From Octopus sinensis (taxonomy: Eukaryota), in assembly GCF_006345805.1 (NCBI RefSeq), contig NW_021835250.1, positions 1-41,476 on the forward strand: 41,476 nucleotides of DNA, in the 5' to 3' direction. Below are positions 23,786 through 35,799 of the stretch, one piece after another. The translations under genes and the position numbers were made by a program. The notes under the pieces are model-generated. The model saw nothing but the letters and a program-made list of their open reading frames with translations. It did not search any database and was not told the DNA's origin. Position 1 is the first letter of the stretch, and each line of letters opens with the position of its first letter.

Positions 23786-23981
23786 GACTACTGCTACTGC
23801 TGCTACTACTACTGCATATCAAAAGATATGATTAAATTACTATAATTAAAGTGTCCTGAAATCTTGTCACCATATGTGAAAGAGGCAACCTTCAGCAGCC
23901 ACTCACACCAGCGCCACCACCACCAACAATAACAACAACAGCGGAAAACATCACTGTCACCACCACCTCCACTAGTACTAC

Positions 23982-24030
<49 letters not shown>

Positions 24031-24160
24031 CACTAGCATCACCAATACAATTCTACTACTACTACTGGAACCACAACCGCCACCATATTCATCTTCACCA
24101 CAACCACCACCACTACTACAATTACTATTATACTATATATATGTGTTATATATATATATA
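22515..24160. repeat. About 1.6 kb compound trinucleotide repeat field with short unique islands
   Basis: CTT, GTT, TTA, CTA, CCA, GCT and GAT runs. Confidence 0.95.
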
Positions 24161-24379
24161 TATATACACTCAACAACTGGTTCAGGAGCATCCGGCGGCG
24201 CAGATGTATCTCGTCGGCTGGTAAATATCGTTATAGGTATAAATATACCCTAAACAATTATAGAAAAATGGAGGAGAAAAAATGTTGAATCAAAATTAAA
24301 TATAATACAAAAGAGGATTCAATACATACGCGCGTTTCTTTCTCTCTTTTTGGACCCCTCAAAAAGTTTGAATTGTTCT

Positions 24380-24416
<37 letters not shown>

Positions 24417-24479
24417 ATATGTATTATATATGCATACATATATATACGTATCGTGTATGTTATATATGTATATGTATAT

Positions 24480-24514
<35 letters not shown>

Positions 24515-24534
24515 TTCATCAAATGTTTAAGATA

Positions 24535-24630
24535 TGACTATCTGGTGAAGCATCATTACATATTTAAACGGATTTGATTATTCTTGAAAAACTTACTTTT
24601 ATTAATGAAGCGGAAACGGCTGTAATTTAT
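24535..24630 (+). ncRNA. Decayed hammerhead motif
   Basis: CUGGUGA (A6G) at 24542, stem II agcatcatt/aatgaagcg pairs 7/9, then GAAA cggctg UA at 24613-24624. Stem I is poor. Confidence 0.4.
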
Positions 24631-24825
24631 GAGATGCGTCATTTGTTTGTATGAAATATTTAAATTGAATTGAATTTATAATTGTTCAATTTATTGTTTT
24701 GTTTTTCATTTCTGATATATATATATATATATAAGGGAAAGTTTACGAAAATAAACAAAAGACGATGACAGGTGGTGTACAAACAAACAGATATATTTGT
24801 ATAGCGCTCAGGAATAGAAAAAGTC

Positions 24826-24860
24826 TTTTACGTTTCGAGCCTATGCTCTTCTACAGAAAG
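24826..24860 (-). ncRNA. Minimal hammerhead-like motif with variant core
   Basis: Minus strand reads cttt CUGUAGA a gagc-atag-gctc GAAA cg UA^aaag. Stems I and II are perfect and stem III is the palindrome ACGU, but A6 is replaced by U and there is one extra A. Confidence 0.5.
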
Positions 24861-24929
24861 GTACACAGAAAAAACAAGGAGAGAAACAAGGAGAGAAAAA
24901 AATGTGTGTAATAGCTAACGATCTATCAC

Positions 24930-25080
24930 ACGGCGGGCTTCCACACTCTGTCCGTCAACCAAATTCACTCACAAGACATTGGACGGCCCGGGGTTATAGT
25001 AGAAGACACAGGCCCGAGGTGCCACGCAGTAGGACTGAACCCAAACCATGTAGTTATGAAACAAGCTTCTTAACCACACA
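24930..25080 (-). mobile_element. SINE family A, 5' fragment
   Basis: Matches the reverse complement of the family-A head region. Confidence 0.75.
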
Positions 25081-25929
25081 ATAACTGTAATATTTGGTGT
25101 CCTTCAGTTGTTCTCTGAAACTTCAAACCGGTAGGTCCAACACCTGCTTATCCCAGTAGGCAGAAGGGATTAAGCTCCTGGAAATGTGTTCCAGGTGCCT
25201 GACCCGATTTGCAGCTGCGGAAAACATGTCTGACTTAAAGGCGTCCAAATCGCTTACTGTCGAGAAATCTCTGTAGATTTTCCTACCTCATCCAATGCTT
25301 TCACACGTGTCAGCATATCAACAGAGAAAATTCATATCTTATGAAGAGGCACTAATATGGAAACACACACACACGCACTTTTGGTTTTTCGCTAAACATG
25401 CAGCCTTACTTTATATGATCGTTATCGTATCCATTTACGGTTTTCTATCTAAGTTGATAAACAGTTCATATTTTATATATCATATTTTATATTTTATACT
25501 TTACCAAGGCTGTTTAGCATGTTATATATTTTTTATTTGTAGCACTTGTGACGCTGTATGTAGCCTAAAAAAACATTTTTTAACTATTAACGAACGCACA
25601 GCATTCGCTCAATCATGCATGATATATTTTCGAGTTAATACACTTGTGACGCTGTATGTTGCCTTAGAAATATGTTTTTATCATTAGAAAACACACAGCG
25701 CTCACTCAATCATACATCAAAGGAGCACAGTATCAATTAATTTCACAGTTACAATATATCGTTTACGCTAGTTAGACCTCTCTTTTTTTCAAATCATTTT
25801 ATAAGTTGTTTAGGTGTATATTTATTTGAATTTATGTATACACACAAAAAAAGTAATTCATTATTTTGATATATCACACACTCATACGCATGCACGTGTG
25901 TATGTATGTGTGCATATATACATATAAAT

Positions 25930-26006
<77 letters not shown>

Positions 26007-26619
26007 ACAAACACATATTAAGAAGTCGATTATCGCTTATTTCACTAATTTTTGCATTAATATTCCTCTCTCTCACTCTCTCTCTCTCTCTCTCTTGCTC
26101 TATACACACGCACATATATATATACACACATTTGTATGTATGTATGAGTGTGCGCGCGTGCGTAATATATCAAAATAAATCGTCTGACATAAGGACATTC
26201 ATAGTGCTTACTGTTGAGAAACATCAGTGGATGCTTTTACCCTCATTCAATCTGCTTATACACGTGTCAGCATATCAACAACCAGAGCAATCTCAGACTC
26301 TTTGCTGGGGAAACTGATATGGAAAACACGCCGCGCGCGCATAGTTTTTCTACTTTAAAATATGGCCATACGTTACGATCTCTCTGACGAAGTGGGTATT
26401 GTAAGAAGAGACCATGTTGTAGAAAAGTGATAAATGCCAGAGTAGCCTTAGTCAGTTTATACGATTTAGTTCCTTCCTGTTGTAGATTACTCCAACCACC
26501 AGATCGAAATCTACGTGTCAGTCTTTCCATTTATCTACGTAACTGTATGCCTATCTAACTATGTGCGTACATGTATGTGTGAATGTATGTACATAGAGAT
26601 TTCATATTCTCTGTTTCAG

Positions 26620-26703
26620 ATGAACGCTGTCTACCAACACGGTTCTTTAGGAATGAAAATTGAAGTTGTCCTTAAAAGAATTGTTGTCTTGGAGGATCGG
26701 CAG
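26620..26703 (+). CDS. ADAMTS2/3/14-like: ADAMTS exon D: catalytic domain
   Basis: Acceptor attctctgtttcag|. Translates MNAVYQHGSLGMKIEVVLKRIVVLEDRQ. Donor CAG|GTAATT; phase 0 to 0. Confidence 0.92.
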
Positions 26704-26820
26704 GTAATTTATATGCTTTTTTTTTCCTTTTACTAATATCTCACTTTCTCTCTTTTTTTTCTTCTTTCTTTATATGCATACATATATATACATTCATACA
26801 CACACACACATACACACACT

Positions 26821-26854
<34 letters not shown>

Positions 26855-27641
26855 GTTATAATTACAGACAGTTTTATATGTAGCTATAACTATAACTGTA
26901 GTATATCAGTTATGTTTCCGACTCGTCAAAGTAAACTTCGCGAAGTGTTTACACTTATTGAACACCTCTGATCTTGCTTTTAAATACTCAAGTTTTATTA
27001 AGATTTACAACTATGAAAACTTTGTCAGAATTACATAATCTACAGTTTTAATTCCTTTTTATACGCCTTGCGTATATCGAAGAGCCTCTATGTTGTATAT
27101 ACTGCGTTCTTTCAGTAGACAAACATAGTTGAATGGTTTGATTAATCTCCTCTTAACTCTTTACATGAAAGAGAAATTCTCGTTGAAATACTGCAACTTA
27201 AATGTATCCTTCTCAGTTTCGACATAATGTTCACATTCGGTATCGAGGCTTACGAGATGTGTGGGGATGATCTTCGTATCATAAATAATCGCTTCGGCGT
27301 CGTTTAGATGGCATGCGAATTGTTTCTGCACGAACAATTTACCACGCTTACTTCTATTTAGATTAATTGTGAGAAGTTTCGGTTTTTCTTTTGAAGTATC
27401 GAAAATTCTACTATAGCTTACTTTTATGTTTTTTCTATTAAGTAATTTTCGATAACGATAATCACAGGGGAAATGCCTGTTCGTTAAAATTAAGAAATTC
27501 GAACAAATGCAAAGAAACACACACATATAATATAAGTATAAGGTGTGTTGTGAGTATTCATAGAACACGTATCCTATATAAGCTCAACAAACAATTAAAG
27601 ATGGAGAAGAGATGTTAAAAGTTTTATAAAATTTTAATCCA

Positions 27642-27757
27642 TGCATACGATCGTTTCAAATGGTAACACCAACATGTAAGAAACATAGGAAAAAATTAAA
27701 CTAATTTTAATTATAATTAAATTAATTTAATTACATATTACCATTCTCCTCAGTGCA
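27642..27757 (-). ncRNA. Type-I hammerhead ribozyme motif, intact, antisense to ADAMTS
   Basis: Minus strand reads tgca CUGAGGA gaatggtaa...ttaccattt GAAA cgatcg UA^tgca. Stem I is 4 bp, stem II 9 bp, stem III the perfect palindrome ACGAUCGU. Confidence 0.82.
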
Positions 27758-28015
27758 AAAAAAAAGAATTCATCAGAAAGGTAGTATCAGAAGAATATTA
27801 TGTTGTTACAGGAGACTATATGGAGCCAGTGTCACATAACGCATTCGGATATTCATATGACGTGCCACCATACATTCTCTGTGTCAGCATATTCTCTATT
27901 TTCAGCATTCTCAAACTGTCATTCTTTTCCCCTTTCAGGCTCTGAATCTGTTAATGACGTTGCTGAGTTATTTTTGCTTTCATTTTTATCGTTCTTTCCT
28001 TTGTTTAATCCCTAG

Positions 28016-28163
28016 ACTAGAGACATCATAAGCGAGGGAAACGCTCAGGCGACACTCGACCGCTTCTGTCAGTGGTCCACCAAGAAATATCATGAGAACC
28101 GTGGAACTGACACCAGTTACGATCTAGCAATTTTCATAACCAAGAGAAATATTGGACCTGCTG
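28016..28163 (+). CDS. ADAMTS2/3/14-like: ADAMTS exon E: catalytic domain
   Basis: Acceptor ttctttcctttgtttaatccctag|. Translates TRDIISEGNAQATLDRFCQWSTKKYHENRGTDTSYDLAIFITKRNIGPA. Donor G|GTAAGA; phase 0 to 1. Confidence 0.93.
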
Positions 28164-28989
28164 GTAAGAACATACCTATTACTTATTGGCAACAACAGTC
28201 ATAGCAGCAGCAGCAGCAGCAGCAGCAGCAGCTGTCACTTATTTGTCTCTTTTGCATACGTTTTTCATTAGAGTCGCAGGTACACACACACACACACACG
28301 CACACACACACACGCACACACATGCACAAATACATACATACATACACACATTTTTCTTTTCCTTCAGGGCTGCCGTAAAGACTGCACGTATCCTGTCTAT
28401 CACTCTCTCTCTCTCTCTCTCTCTCTCCTCTCTCTTCTATCTTTTCTCTTGTCAAAGAAAATATTTCTCCAGCGTTCGCTATTTTCCCCTCGTTCTGGTC
28501 TAACGACCCTCCATGTTTGTTTTCGTTCGGTTTCCTTGTATGTCTCCACTTTCCTGTTTCTGTTACCAACTTCGACCCTCCATAAATCCCAAATTTTATT
28601 TTGACTTTTGTGGGAGCAGCCGCCTTCGAAGACACATATTGTCGTTCAATGCTCGAAATGAGGAGTAGATGAACAGCCGACAACTGATGAAGGGTCGTTC
28701 TTTATGTTACTTGTCCTGTTTTCCATTTGTTCTCTCGTTGTTTGCATATTCAACTCATTTGTTTTCGTATTTCATGTTGTTTACTGTTTGTGACGTCTGT
28801 ACCCATATATGTGTATGTGTGTGTGTGTATTGTGTGTGTGTGTATATGTATTATATATATATATCTATATATATATATATATATCTATATGTATATATAT
28901 ATATATATACTATATTATATATATATATATATATTTATTGCTTGATTTATGCTTGTATATATATATCTATTTCTTGTGTCTTTGTGTCT

Positions 28990-29210
28990 GTGTTGTCTGC
29001 ACCATCGCTTGATAACCATTGTTGGAATGATTACGCTCCTATAACGTAACGGTTCGGCAAAGAGACCGATAGAATAAGTACCAGGCCTAGCAAAAGAAAA
29101 ATAATAATAAGTACTGTGATCGATTCATTGGACTAAAAACATTCTTCAGAGTGGTGTTCCAGTATGGCCACCGCCTAATGAGTGAAACAAGTAAAAGATA
29201 AAAGATAAAT
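28990..29210 (+). mobile_element. SINE family A, 3' fragment
   Basis: cggttcggcaaagagaccgatagaataagtacc...gaaacaagtaaaagataaaagata. Confidence 0.75.
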
Positions 29211-29305
29211 GAAAATCGTGGTTGTAGGTTCAAATTCGGCTCTTTCTATGCTACACATATCGCACATTTTACTTTTGTTTTTCAATTTGTTTTTTTCCTT
29301 TTTAG

Positions 29306-29411
29306 GTTATGCTCCAGTTACTGGTATGTGTAGACCTCACAGAAGCTGTTCCATCAACAAAGATGACGGCTTAACGTCTGCTTTTATCGTGTCTCATGAA
29401 GCTGCGCATGT
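29306..29411 (+). CDS. ADAMTS2/3/14-like: ADAMTS exon F: catalytic domain with first half of zinc motif (HEAAH)
   Basis: Acceptor ttttttcctttttag|. Translates (G)[34 protein letters not shown](V), closely resembling ADAMTS2/3/14 [12 protein letters not shown]....DG.SSAFVVAHETGHV. Best donor GT|GTAAGT (phase 2); an alternative GT at 29410 gives phase 0. Confidence 0.95.
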
Positions 29412-29641
29412 GTAAGTACGAAACTGTTACTTGTTTCTGTTGTTGTTTAAGCCAAAGGGAACCCCTAACCCAATGTTTTCCATCTCATTTTCCCTCAGGC
29501 CTAATCATAACTTTCCAGAAAAATGTGTATCCCTCCGGTGAAATACCCTTAAGGAAATATCCATACTAGGACACTAGAATAGCGTTATACTATAGCAAAC
29601 AGTTTTCACACAGTATGCTTGGCAGGAGGGATTGATTTGAA

Positions 29642-29870
29642 GGCGGCGAGCTGGCAGAAACGTTAGCACACCGGGCGAAATGCTTAGCGGTATTTCGTCT
29701 GCCGTTACGTTCTGAGTTCAAATTCTGCCGAGGTCGACTTTGCCTTTCATCCTTTCGGGGTCGATAAATTAAGTACCAGTTACGCACTGGGGTCGATGTA
29801 ATCGACTTAATCCGTTTGTCCTTGTTTGTCCCCTCTTTGTTTAACCCCTTGTGGGTAGTAAAGAAATAGG
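29642..29870 (+). mobile_element. SINE family B, monomer
   Basis: High identity to 8945-9177. Confidence 0.9.
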
Positions 29871-29889
29871 AGCGATTGGTTTGGCTCGG

Positions 29890-30125
29890 CTGAGTGCAGG
29901 TGTACTATGTTCGCTGCAAAAAGGCTTTTCCCATTTCCATCTCCCATGTTGGGGCCTGTTTTCATTATTGTGTTTTTTATAATTGTTTGTAGTCAGGCAT
30001 TGGTCTTGTGCAGCGAGAATCAGTCCTTCTGTTTCAGCTTTTAGTCCAGAGATTTTGAGCCATTGATGGTTTTATCGAAGTTCACCTCCTCTCTGTCAAG
30101 CCTTGCAGGATATTGGCCATTTCTT
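29890..30125 (-). mobile_element. R4/Dong-like internal fragment (pre-zinc-finger region)
   Basis: Minus strand NGQYPARLDREEVNFDKT(frameshift)HQWLKISGLKAETEGLILAAQDQCLTTNNY matches the HGQY...WL...L..ETEG...A.QDQ motif. Confidence 0.75.
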
Positions 30126-30130
30126 CTTCT

Positions 30131-30811
30131 TTTATTATTATTATTTTTTTTTTCTTTCAAATTTGCTTCCATTTCTTGCCGAGTGTCTTCCCGACTCCTA
30201 GGGCAAAGAAACTCATAGTATACATTGGTAGGCCATTAAACTAAACTCAATAGTTCGTTCGCTTTTTTTTATTTTTAAGTTAAATTAAAATACATGGGTA
30301 GAAATAGTTCTCACATCGACAATGCTCTTCTCAATACGTGTGATGTACCAGTTAAGACAATCTTTTGCACTTCTTGCAGAGATGGTAAGCCAGGGATCAT
30401 TCTCATATAATTTTCGGTTCCCTTCTTGATCATTCCTAGTGCTCCTACGATCACTGGTATTGTTAAAACCGCCTTGAGATGCCACATTTTCTCAATTTCA
30501 ATGAGCAGGTCTTTATATTTTCTGAGCTTGTCAAACTCTTTCGCTGAGATATTATGATCACAGGGGATGCTCATGTCGATCAATAAGCAAACTTTATTGT
30601 TTTGGTCTTTCACAACAATATCTGGTTTATTGGCTTTGATGGTTCGGTCTGTATGTACTGGAAAGTCCCACAGAATCGTTACATTTTCTCCTTCAGTTAC
30701 AGCTTCAGGGTGGTGATTATACCACTTGTCGGCAGTTTTGATATTGTAATGTCGACTTATTATCCAGTGTAGATATTGGGCCAACTCTGTCATGTCTTAA
30801 TTTATACTCCA
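30131..30811 (-). mobile_element. 5'-truncated R4/Dong-like non-LTR retrotransposon (restriction-like endonuclease domain)
   Basis: EYKLRHDRVG(frameshift)QYLHW...ILWDFPVHTD..IKANKPDIVV....CLLIDMSIP...KLRKYKDL...IPVIVGALG is the PD-x-D type RLE domain. The 5' end abuts (TAA)n and there is a 3' A/TAA tail. Confidence 0.9.
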
Positions 30812-30812
30812 C

Positions 30813-30863
<51 letters not shown>

Positions 30864-30921
30864 ATTATTATTATTATTATTATTATCATTATTATTATTA
30901 TTATCATCATCATTATTATTA

Positions 30922-30964
<43 letters not shown>

Positions 30965-30986
30965 CATCATTATTATTTTATTATTA

Positions 30987-31022
<36 letters not shown>

Positions 31023-31024
31023 CA

Positions 31025-31079
<55 letters not shown>

Positions 31080-31107
31080 CATATTATTATTATTATTATT
31101 ATTATTA
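30812..31107. repeat. (TTA)n/(TCA)n
   Basis: Direct reading. Confidence 0.96.
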
Positions 31108-31161
31108 AGGAAACTTTACTCATTTTCTCTCGCTTCATTTGTCTGTGTTTTTTTTTCTCAG

Positions 31162-31304
31162 GTTTTGGTGGCCCACGATGGTCAGGGTAATCATTGCTAC
31201 GGTACCAAGTACCATGGGAGCATCATGGCACCAATGGTGGAGTCAACCTTTGACACATACTACTGGTCGGACTGCAGTGCAGCCAGAATGAGATATTTCG
31301 CTTA
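31162..31304 (+). CDS. ADAMTS2/3/14-like: ADAMTS exon G: third zinc His, Met-turn
   Basis: Acceptor tttttttctcag|. In-frame translation VLVAHDGQGNHCYGTKYHGSIMAPMVESTFDTYYWSDCSAARMRYFA matches ADAMTS3-type HDGQGNRC...GSVMAPLV..F..Y.WS.CS. Donor TA|GTGAGT (phase 2). The 5' junction is frame-discordant with the best upstream donor (see findings). Confidence 0.9.
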
Positions 31305-31377
31305 GTGAGTAACTTACACAAGCGCAAGCACACACGAATACTGGCATATATACATATATATACATATATATACATAC

Positions 31378-31410
<33 letters not shown>

Positions 31411-31769
31411 ATATATTACACTCATGCGTACACATATGGACATACATGAACATACATACGCACACATACACACGAACATATACATACACTCAGATTCAAA
31501 CGCACACACGTGCACGCACATAAACACAAGCATATACGCATGCATACGTCCATACATATACACGCGCACACATTAATCCACAAATACAAACACGTGAACA
31601 TGCGCGTTAATACACACAGGCACACGTGCTCACATACAGACACATATACGTATACACACGAACATACACACATACACGCGTACATGCATACATACGCACA
31701 ATCATACGTGCATACACATGTATACATGCATACATACACACATGCATACATACACGTATATATATATGT

Positions 31770-31780
31770 GTATGTATGTG

Positions 31781-31814
<34 letters not shown>

Positions 31815-31907
31815 TGTATGTATGTATGTATGTATGTATGTGTATATGTATGTATGATGTATGTATGTATGTATGTATGTATGTATGTGTATGTCTGCAT
31901 GTATGTG

Positions 31908-31939
<32 letters not shown>

Positions 31940-31943
31940 TGTG

Positions 31944-31974
<31 letters not shown>

Positions 31975-32035
31975 GTATATGTATGTGTATGTATGTATGT
32001 ATGTATGTATGTATGTATGTGTATATGTATGTGTA
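31770..32035. repeat. (TATG)n
   Basis: Direct reading. Confidence 0.96.
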
Positions 32036-33189
32036 TAGTATAAAGTCTGTGTTAATGTACATATGTAAGGGAATAAAGAGCTGTAGATATCACCTACGTG
32101 AGTTTTCCACAGAATAGAACTGGAACGAGAAAGGGAGTGTGTTTGTATACACGTATGTGTATGCATATAAACTTTATATACATAATATAGACAGATGGAT
32201 TTGTGTGTGTATTATATATAGATATAATATATATTTATATATATATATATACACGTATATATGCATATGTATAAGCATAAATATATATGTTGCGTATGGG
32301 CATATGTTTGTATGTAAAATAGGTCGTGTGTTTTATATATAATGAAAAATATTTCAATAAAGAATTCACCAAAAGAGCATTTTCTTTTCTTTTCTTCATT
32401 TTCATCCATTTCTTTGTCCTGTCACTTACGGAGGGCCGAAATATTTGAAGAGAGTATGTTGTCAGAGTTAATATTTTAAGAAATTATATTCAAGAATCTA
32501 TCATGATTTGTCCGCATATTATTGATTGAATGGCAGTCTTTTAATGACCTGTTTTGTAAATAAATCCTGATTAGCAACTTGTCCTTGATACATGTTTTAA
32601 GCTGAAACTCCAATATCAGCGTATATTAATGGAGAATATCTAGTTGTTGAATATGGTTTGAGATAAGGTTGGGCAACGCTTCTTTTCGTCGGACTCTTTA
32701 AAAACTTGATAAACATTCGAAGGAATCTTGGTGCCACATGGCATGCTGCTTTGTCGCAGAACGAGAACTATTTCATATCTTAGTCACGGAACAATATACT
32801 CAAACCGTCAGTCTTTGTTGTCATCTTGGGAACAAAATCACCTTTTTTAGAGAAACCGGAATCTTGAAATTTTGTTGACTTTTTTCACTTCTTTGTATGC
32901 ATAAAGTATGTATGTATGTATGTATGTATGTATGTATGTATGTGTATGTCTGCATGTATGTGTATATGTGTGTGTGTGTATGTATGTATGCATGTATATA
33001 TGTATTTGTATATGTATGTACGTGTGTGCATTCATGTATGCATATATGTATATATAGACACGAGCATAGACATACACACACATACACTTATACATACATG
33101 CATACTTACATACGTACATGACTATATATGTATATATATACATGGATATACTCACACATACACTCACGCATACATACATGCCCACCTAC

Positions 33190-33600
33190 ATTCCTGCCTA
33201 CATACATACATACATACAGACATACATACATACATACATACATATACCACACATACATACATACATACACACATACATACATACATACATACATACATAC
33301 ACACATACATACATACATACATACACACATACATACATACACACATACATACATACATACATACATACATACACACATACATACATACATACATACATAC
33401 ACACATACATACATACATACATACATACATACATACATACATACACACATACATACATACATACATACATACACACATACATACACACATACATACATAC
33501 ATACATACATACACACATACATACACACATACATACATACATACATACATACATACATACATACATACATACATACATACATACATACATACATACATAA
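33190..33600. repeat. (CATA)n
   Basis: Direct reading. Confidence 0.97.
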
Positions 33601-33689
33601 CACAACAACATAACATAACCTAACAGAAGATTACAGCATAACAACAACAATAATACAACAAAGCCTATTCTTTCTTATCTTTAATCCAG

Positions 33690-33822
33690 CCACTTAACCT
33701 GTCTCCGAAACAACCCAAAGCGCCGTAGCTGGCCCTCAATGGCCACACCAATTGGTGTCGGCTGGACTTTGGATGCCCAGTGCAGACAAGAATTTGGTGA
33801 AGGCTTCCGTGTCTGTGGAGGG
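33690..33822 (+). CDS. ADAMTS2/3/14-like: ADAMTS exon H: end of catalytic / start of disintegrin-like domain
   Basis: Acceptor tttcttatctttaatccag|. Translates (Y)HLTCLRNNPKRRSWPSMATPIGVGWTLDAQCRQEFGEGFRVCGG. Donor GGG|GTAAGT; phase 2 to 0. Confidence 0.93.
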
Positions 33823-33925
33823 GTAAGTTGTGAGCCAAGGGCTTTATGTCAGAAATCAGACGTTACATGAACCTTAATATCATCTGCCGAATAACCTTTA
33901 AATTCATTCTACATTTTATCCCTGA

Positions 33926-34243
33926 GGAGGCGCAATGGCCCTGTGGTTAGGGCAGCGGACTCGCATCGGACGATCGCGGTTTCGATTCCCAGACCGGGCG
34001 TTGTGTGTGTTTATTGAGCGAAAACACCTAAAAGCTCCACGAGTCTCCGGCAGGGGATGCTGGCGACCCCTGTTGTACTCTTTCGCCACAACTTTCTCTC
34101 ATTCTGTCTTCCTGTTTCTCGAGTAACGCAACGATACGATGGACTGGCGTCCCGTCCAGCTGGCGGGAACACATACGCCACAGAAACCGGGAAACCGGAC
34201 CCATGAGCCTGGCTAGGCTTGAAAAGGGTGACGTTTATCGTTA
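33926..34243 (+). mobile_element. SINE family C, full length
   Basis: ggaggcgcaatggccctgtggttagggcagcggactcg...ggtttcgattccc. Confidence 0.9.
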
Positions 34244-34610
34244 TTTTATTACTAAACTTATATACTTCACGTGTCTTCTTCCGAGGTTACTCTTGCGGCC
34301 TTGTGTTCCGCTCATTCTATACTCATTAGATAATGCCCTTATCTAAAGCCACATATATACTTACACACCCACAAACATTGATTTACACACACGTCTGCAT
34401 ATATATACGTGTATGTGTAATGGTGTGTGTATGTGAGTATGTGGATGAATGTATATCCAAAGGGACCAGCCTTGTCACATTCTGTGTCACACTGAATCTC
34501 CCTGTGTCTGTGGAGTACTCAGCCACTTGCACGTTAATTTCACGAGCAGGATGTTCCTTTGATCGGATCAACTGGAACCCTCGTCGTCGCAACCGACGGA
34601 GTATTAGTTC

Positions 34611-34664
<54 letters not shown>

Positions 34665-35039
34665 ACTGGACACCAGTCCATCGCAGGATGGAGCAACAAG
34701 ATAGGAAGAGTTTTGCTCCAGAACATAACACATCACCCGGTCCAGGAATCGAAACCGCAATCTTACGATCATGAGTCCTGTACCCTAACCACTTAACACC
34801 TAATTTCCACTCATCGTAGATCAGAAACTTTCTTTTTATGACAATACAAATTAGTACAAATTCCCTCGGTTCTAATTAGCTAACGACACATTTTCTTTCA
34901 TTTTAGTGGGTGTCGGTTGTTTGAGAATCCGGTTATTTGAGAACCGGATAAGAGAGAGTTTACCCTACACTTATTCAAATGTTATATACTTTAACATAAT
35001 TTTCTCAATTTAAAAAAAATTTTTATTTTATAATTTCAG

Positions 35040-35153
35040 TTTCGACAGCTTGATCCTTGCACCCGTCTATGGTGCAGTCATCAGAGCACTATGCACATGT
35101 GCAGAACCAAAAATGGTCCACCACTAGAAGGTTCGAAGTGCGGATTCGGTCAG
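35040..35153 (+). CDS. ADAMTS2/3/14-like: ADAMTS exon I: disintegrin-like domain
   Basis: Acceptor ttttataatttcag|. Translates FRQLDPCTRLWCSHQSTMHMCRTKNGPPLEGSKCGFGQ (cf. FDPCKQLWCSHP...CKTKKGPPLDGT.C). Donor CAG|GTATGT; phase 0 to 0. Confidence 0.94.
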
Positions 35154-35304
35154 GTATGTTTTGTATAAAATTAATTTATTATTGACTGTTTTTTTTTTCA
35201 AATGTGTTTCACATCAATCCGGTTTTTTAAGAAAAAATTCATTTTCATTTCACCATCCGGTTTATCTTTCTTTTATTTTCTCCTTTATCATCAACTGCAG
35301 CAGT

Positions 35305-35598
35305 AGCTTCTTCTTCTTCTACTTCTTCTTCTTCTTCTTCTTCTTCTCCTCCTCCTCCTCCTTCTTCTTCTTCTTCTTCTTCTTCTTCTTCTTCTTCTCC
35401 TCCTCCTCCTCCTCCTCCTCCTTCTTCTTCTTCTTTTTCTTCTTCTTGCTCTTTTTGTTGTTGCTGTTGTTGTTGTTCTTCTTTTTGTTGTTCTTCTTTT
35501 TGCTGTTGTTGTTGTTGTTCTTCTTCTAGTTTCTTCAAGTTTCTTCAAGTTTCTTCTACTTCTAGTTTCTTCTTCCCCTTAGATTTCTTATTCTTTCT

Positions 35599-35638
<40 letters not shown>

Positions 35639-35640
35639 CA
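35305..35640. repeat. (CTT)/(CCT)/(GTT)/(CTA) repeats just upstream of the TSP1 exon
   Basis: Direct reading. Confidence 0.95.
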
Positions 35641-35656
35641 CTTTTGTCTCTCGCAG

Positions 35657-35799
35657 TGGTGCCTCGGTGGAGCCTGCCAGTACAAAAGCAACCTAATCCC
35701 GATCGATGGAGCGTGGGGTTCTTGGAGCAACTGGGGCCAGTGTTCTGTCAGCTGTGGATTCGGGGCGCGTTTCAGGCAGCGCAAATGTAACAACCCCAG
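35657..35799 (+). CDS. ADAMTS2/3/14-like: ADAMTS exon J: central thrombospondin type-1 repeat
   Basis: Acceptor cttttgtctctcgcag|. Translates WCLGGACQYKSNLIPIDGAWGSWSNWGQCSVSCGFGARFRQRKCNNP (WxxWxxW-CSxxCG-RxRxRxC). Donor AG|GTAAGT; phase 0 to 2. Confidence 0.96.

Noticed and set aside
31110-31161. Upstream alternative acceptor (AAG at 31109) that restores frame
   Set aside because: It would insert 17 residues from the polypyrimidine tract into the zinc motif and has no pyrimidine tract of its own.
32420-32610. Possible minus-strand exon (donor at about 32429, acceptor at about 32602)
   Set aside because: All three frames hit stops.
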